Source: Vulcanimicrobiales bacterium
GTDB taxonomy: Bacteria > Vulcanimicrobiota > Vulcanimicrobiia > Vulcanimicrobiales > Vulcanimicrobiaceae
Length of the DNA stretch: 64,000 bases
NCBI GenBank assembly: GCA_038231455.1
Contig: JBBRLI010000003.1
Coordinates: forward strand, 148,917-212,916
Reading direction: 5' to 3'
Part shown: positions 60,594-64,000 of the stretch, piece after piece
Layout: each line of letters opens with the position of its first letter
Position numbering within the stretch: position 1 is the first letter of the stretch
Program-made: the position numbers and the translations under genes
The notes under the pieces: generated by a model
What the model saw: the letters and a program-made list of their open reading frames with translations, nothing else
Databases searched by the model: none
What the model was told of the DNA's origin: nothing

Positions 60594-61042
60594 ACCGCGG
60601 CGTTCAGTGGCTCGTTCTCATCATGCGCTTGATCCTCGGCGGCATCTTTCTTGCGGCAGGCGTGCTCAAAGTGACCAACGTAACCGCATTCGCCGCCCAA
60701 ATAGCTGGATTCCAGATTTTGCCGACGCCGCTCGTCGCGCCGCTCGCCGGGATTCTTCCGCTCGTCGAGATCGTCGTTGGCGTGCTCTTGCTTATCGGCT
60801 TTGCCACTCGCATCACCGCCTGGTTTGCCGCGGGTCAGGTCGCCATCTTTACGGTTGCAATCGCGTCGGCCGTCGTTCGCGGCCTTTCCGTGTCGTGCGG
60901 ATGCTTTGGCGCGAACGACCGTACAACCACATCTTGGGCAGAAGTCGCGCGCGATTCGCTCTTCATCATTCTCGCAATCGTCATCGCCATGCGGGCGCCG
61001 GGGATGATCTCCGTCGACCGCAGAATTGAGGAAACGCAATGA
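60590..61042 (+). CDS. MauE/DoxX-family membrane protein
   Basis: RLILGGIFLAAG..K, LPLVE, RGLSVSCGCFG. Confidence 0.88.
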   Translation: MNRGVQWLVLIMRLILGGIFLAAGVLKVTNVTAFAAQIAGFQILPTPLVAPLAGILPLVEIVVGVLLLIGFATRITAWFAAGQVAIFTVAIASAVVRGLSVSCGCFGANDRTTTSWAEVARDSLFIILAIVIAMRAPGMISVDRRIEETQ

Positions 61043-61629
61043 GTACCCGCAGCGAACGTAAACTTCCGACACGCGACCGCAAGCAGTTCTACATCTACGG
61101 GGCGATCGGACTGGTCGTGCTCATCGCGATCATCGGCGTTGCGCTTGCGTCGCACGTTCCGAAGGCCGCGACCGACATCTCGAAACCCGCCGTCTTAACC
61201 GTCGGCCAAGCGGCTCCCGAATTCGTCGTATCGACAACCAACGGACCGTTCGATCTGAACGCTTCGAAGGGGCCGACGTTTCTGGAAGTCTTCGCGACGT
61301 GGTGCCCGCATTGCCAGCGCGAAGTACCGGCCCTCAATGCGCTGAACGACAAGTACAAAGGCAAGATCAATTTTGTCGCGGTATCCGGTAGCGCGCGCGC
61401 GGGAGATGGGAGTTCGGCAGCATCGCAAGCCGATGTGATCAGCTTTGCGCAGCAGCTCCACGTAACATATCCGATCGCTTACGATCCGGATCTTTTGGTT
61501 GCGAAGAGCTACCTTGGGGGCGGTTTCCCGACGATCGTGATCATTGATAAGAACAAGAAGATCGCAAACAAGCTCGAAGGCGAAGTCGCGCAAGCCGACC
61601 TTGAGAAAGCGATCGCGGCCGTTCTCTAA
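61039..61629 (+). CDS. Membrane-anchored TlpA-family redoxin
   Basis: TM anchor, FATWCPHCQREVP, FPT. Confidence 0.9.
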   Translation: MSTRSERKLPTRDRKQFYIYGAIGLVVLIAIIGVALASHVPKAATDISKPAVLTVGQAAPEFVVSTTNGPFDLNASKGPTFLEVFATWCPHCQREVPALNALNDKYKGKINFVAVSGSARAGDGSSAASQADVISFAQQLHVTYPIAYDPDLLVAKSYLGGGFPTIVIIDKNKKIANKLEGEVAQADLEKAIAAVL

Positions 61630-61661
61630 TCTCTACCCCAGCGAACTCTAATACCGGATAA

Positions 61662-61687
61662 ACAACAAACACCGGCTGGGCGACGTA
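61662..61687 (+). promoter_or_regulatory. Possible ECF-sigma promoter of the Spy-like gene
   Basis: ACAAC-N17-CGTA arrangement. Confidence 0.35.
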
Positions 61688-61696
61688 GCATAGGAC

Positions 61697-62071
61697 ATGA
61701 GAATGAAGTTCGCTCCCCTCGCCCTCGCGGCACTCGTTGCGGGACTGCCGCTCGCCTCGCTCGCGCAATCCGCTCCGTCACCGGCACCGGCCGGCGCACC
61801 CGCAGCTCCAGCCGGGCATCATCACGGCGGCCACGGCCACATGATGAAGATGCTCTCGGAGCTCAACCTTACCGCCGACCAGAAATCCAAGATCGACGGT
61901 TACGTTGCTGCCTCGAAAACGGCCAACGCTAATACAACCGACAAACAAACGCGTCACGCCAACATGAAGGCATTGCGCGATCAGATCATGGGTGTTTTGA
62001 CTCCGGATCAGAAAACGCAACTCGAAACCAAGATGAAGGCCGCACCTCAGAACGGTCCGCCGAAACAGTAA
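61697..62071 (+). CDS. Spy/CpxP-family (LTXXQ) periplasmic protein
   Basis: Signal peptide, His/Gly patch, LNLTADQ and VLTPDQ motifs. Confidence 0.88.
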   Translation: MRMKFAPLALAALVAGLPLASLAQSAPSPAPAGAPAAPAGHHHGGHGHMMKMLSELNLTADQKSKIDGYVAASKTANANTTDKQTRHANMKALRDQIMGVLTPDQKTQLETKMKAAPQNGPPKQ

Positions 62072-62100
62072 ACGTCTACATCTTTCGATCTGCACTTATC

Positions 62101-62129
62101 AAGGGCGAGGCTTCGGCTTCGCCTTTTTT
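62101..62129 (+). terminator. Intrinsic terminator
   Basis: GGCGAGGC-TTCG-GCTTCGCC followed by TTTTTT. Confidence 0.88.
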
Positions 62130-63633
62130 ATTGTCGCGCCCGATTGCCCGCAGCGCTGGGAATGAGTTGGATGCGCCCGTGCGGATAGTCGAGCCCGACC
62201 GTAAACAGACGAAAGAAATCGGGTCCGATGAAGCCGTCGAGTTGGCCGGAAAAAACGGTTGATGAGACGACGCGGAATGCCTCGAATCCCGTAAAGTCGG
62301 TCGTGCCCAAGAGCAGATGTCGGATCGTGTATCGCTCGACTTCAAACGTGCCGCCGACACCTTGGAGCGTGAGTCTTGGCTCGTTGCGATCGCGGGCGGG
62401 AAACGCTTCGGGATGACGCGCGGCGAAGGCATCGTTAAAGAGCATCGACCCAATGCTGCCCGTATCGAAAACCATGCGATCCGATGTGGCGCCATTGACG
62501 ATGGTTGTGACGTACGGGATTTGTTGGTTGAGTCGAATCGAAATCGACTTCGCACCGATCGCTCCATCAGGTTCGGAGGATACGGTGGCGGTGATCGCTT
62601 TGCGTTCGTAGTCGAGCGTAAAGAGCGCGTCGACGAGGAAATCGAATCCGAGCAGGCCGACGGTCTTGACGTCCCCGACTTCGTTGCCAGCGACCGGTGC
62701 GATTCCGGCGATCGTATCGGCAAGTGTGAGGTCGCCGATGTGCATTTCCGGCAGGCGCACGGAGCCGCCGGTAAACGCGCCGCCGTTTGCGTTGTTTTGC
62801 TTGCGATTGAAGATTGGGATTCCGAGTTCGTCTGCCATGCCCGGATCGATGTAGATGCCGGGAGCACCGGTGTCGAGTAAAAAGTCATAACCGCGTCCGG
62901 CAATCGTCACGCGCACGAACCAGTGTCCGTCCGGTGCGATTTTCACCGGAAGCGCGAGAGTCGACACGCCGTTTGGAAATCGGAGATTGTTCCGACTTGT
63001 CGGAATTGTGAACGCCGCGTCCCCCGGATCGGTCTCACTGTCATCGACGAGTTCCGAGGTCGTCGTGGTCTGCGTGCTCTCATCGCGTACGACGGTGTGC
63101 GTCGCAAGGTGTCGCTTCCCGTATGCGCGATAGTCGCTGCAGTCGGTCGTCGTCATGCCGAGCGGATTCGTCGAAACGGTTCTCAGCGGTAAAAATGTTA
63201 CCGAGTCAATGAATTCTCTTACTCGCCGCCCGCTTTTGTAAAGGGTCGTAATGATGAACGTGTTGTCGTTCGAAGCGACCGTCGATGTGGACGCTTCTGG
63301 AGCAGCTGCAATGCGGTCGGGTTGTTCGAGTACCGTATGTCCGTTCTCGTTACGATGCCACCTTTGATCGTTTACGACGCCGTGCTCCGTCTGCATCTCT
63401 GCTGTCTGGTCAACGATGCGTTCGTCCGAGCCACGATGCACGACGTGTCGCACGCCCGTTGCCGCTGTGCTGGAGTAGTGAATCGTCTGCGAGTACGCTG
63501 CGGGTACGGGGCCGAGCGCCGCTGCCACCCGTTCGCGTAACGTCGCGACATCGGGGACGTCACTTGCGAGCACGGGCGACGATAGGGTCACAAGACCGAT
63601 CGCCAAAGAAAAAAGAAAACGACACACCATCAT
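62128..63633 (-). CDS. Secreted aspartyl protease with two retropepsin-like domains
   Basis: FLLDTGA...GLLGFDF and MVFDTGS...GFIGPDF; signal peptide. Confidence 0.85.
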   Translation of the reverse strand: MMVCRFLFSLAIGLVTLSSPVLASDVPDVATLRERVAAALGPVPAAYSQTIHYSSTAATGVRHVVHRGSDERIVDQTAEMQTEHGVVNDQRWHRNENGHTVLEQPDRIAAAPEASTSTVASNDNTFIITTLYKSGRRVREFIDSVTFLPLRTVSTNPLGMTTTDCSDYRAYGKRHLATHTVVRDESTQTTTTSELVDDSETDPGDAAFTIPTSRNNLRFPNGVSTLALPVKIAPDGHWFVRVTIAGRGYDFLLDTGAPGIYIDPGMADELGIPIFNRKQNNANGGAFTGGSVRLPEMHIGDLTLADTIAGIAPVAGNEVGDVKTVGLLGFDFLVDALFTLDYERKAITATVSSEPDGAIGAKSISIRLNQQIPYVTTIVNGATSDRMVFDTGSIGSMLFNDAFAARHPEAFPARDRNEPRLTLQGVGGTFEVERYTIRHLLLGTTDFTGFEAFRVVSSTVFSGQLDGFIGPDFFRLFTVGLDYPHGRIQLIPSAAGNRARQ

Positions 63634-63785
63634 TTGGTGTGCGCGTCCCAATTACTGAAAGCCTGCCCTGCGTTTGTTCGACTCGCCGGCACCGTACATC
63701 GACCTTCGAGGCACGGCTTTTTCGGTTACGAATGCGTTCAAAGGTGCAGGAGGCGACGTGCAACGATAGCTAAGCGAGTGACACG

Positions 63786-64000
63786 ATGCGGACGCCTAGT
63801 GAGATGGTTCGAAGATTCGACGAAAACGGAATTGGGGCGCAATATGTCCGCGTGTTAGGCGACGACCATTCGGCGCATTCGCACGAGGAATTCCAGATTT
63901 TCGTTACCTTGGCTGGAACGGGCCTTCGCGGCAATTGGCAAGGCTCATCCGGTATGCGTCGACGTTTCTCGTTTGAGCCGGGCGAAATTCATGTCGTCAA
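63786..64000 (+). CDS. Probable AraC-family regulator, N-terminal cupin domain (3' truncated)
   Basis: Frame open to the window edge: ...HSAHSHEEFQIFVTL...FEPGEIHVV. Confidence 0.55.
   Translation, partial: MRTPSEMVRRFDENGIGAQYVRVLGDDHSAHSHEEFQIFVTLAGTGLRGNWQGSSGMRRRFSFEPGEIHVV

Noticed and set aside
60590-61629. Methylamine utilisation (mau) cluster
   Set aside because: Only a MauE/DoxX protein and a redoxin are present; no amine dehydrogenase subunits or MauG

Overview
High-GC bacterial chromosomal window, mostly housekeeping genes in tightly coupled operons. Gene content and style suggest a diderm Terrabacterium such as Vulcanimicrobiota/Eremiobacterota; this is an inference, not confirmed. 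From left to right it holds: a 5'-truncated poly-HAMP hybrid histidine kinase plus CheR; pnuC-nadR; an IclR-dehydrogenase-ppx-phoBR-pstSCAB block with a Pho-box array; ada with its Ada box; tdh/kbl; an amidase; and a ~4.7 kb accessory, partly decayed patch beside tRNA-fMet. Then come add-mntR-rhomboid-dinG, an S1/P1 nuclease, acs, CIRCE-hrcA-dnaJ-rsmE, ggt, accDA-divIC-S1-rpiR-ppx, tRNA-Leu, etfBA and envelope/redox genes. The most striking element, absent from the ORF track, is a 241-nt group I intron (IC3-like) that splits the anticodon of tRNA-Leu(UAA) at the same site as the cyanobacterial/plastid trnL intron. Other leads are three genes that appear to start at non-canonical AUA/AUU codons overlapping the upstream stop, a candidate attenuator or riboswitch-like leader before etfB, an orphan ribbon-helix-helix gene with a double-palindrome operator, a signal peptidase I homolog with Thr in place of the catalytic Ser, and several internally deleted pseudogenes. 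No CRISPR array, integrase, transposase or recognisable defence system was seen. All calls were made by eye, without database searches.
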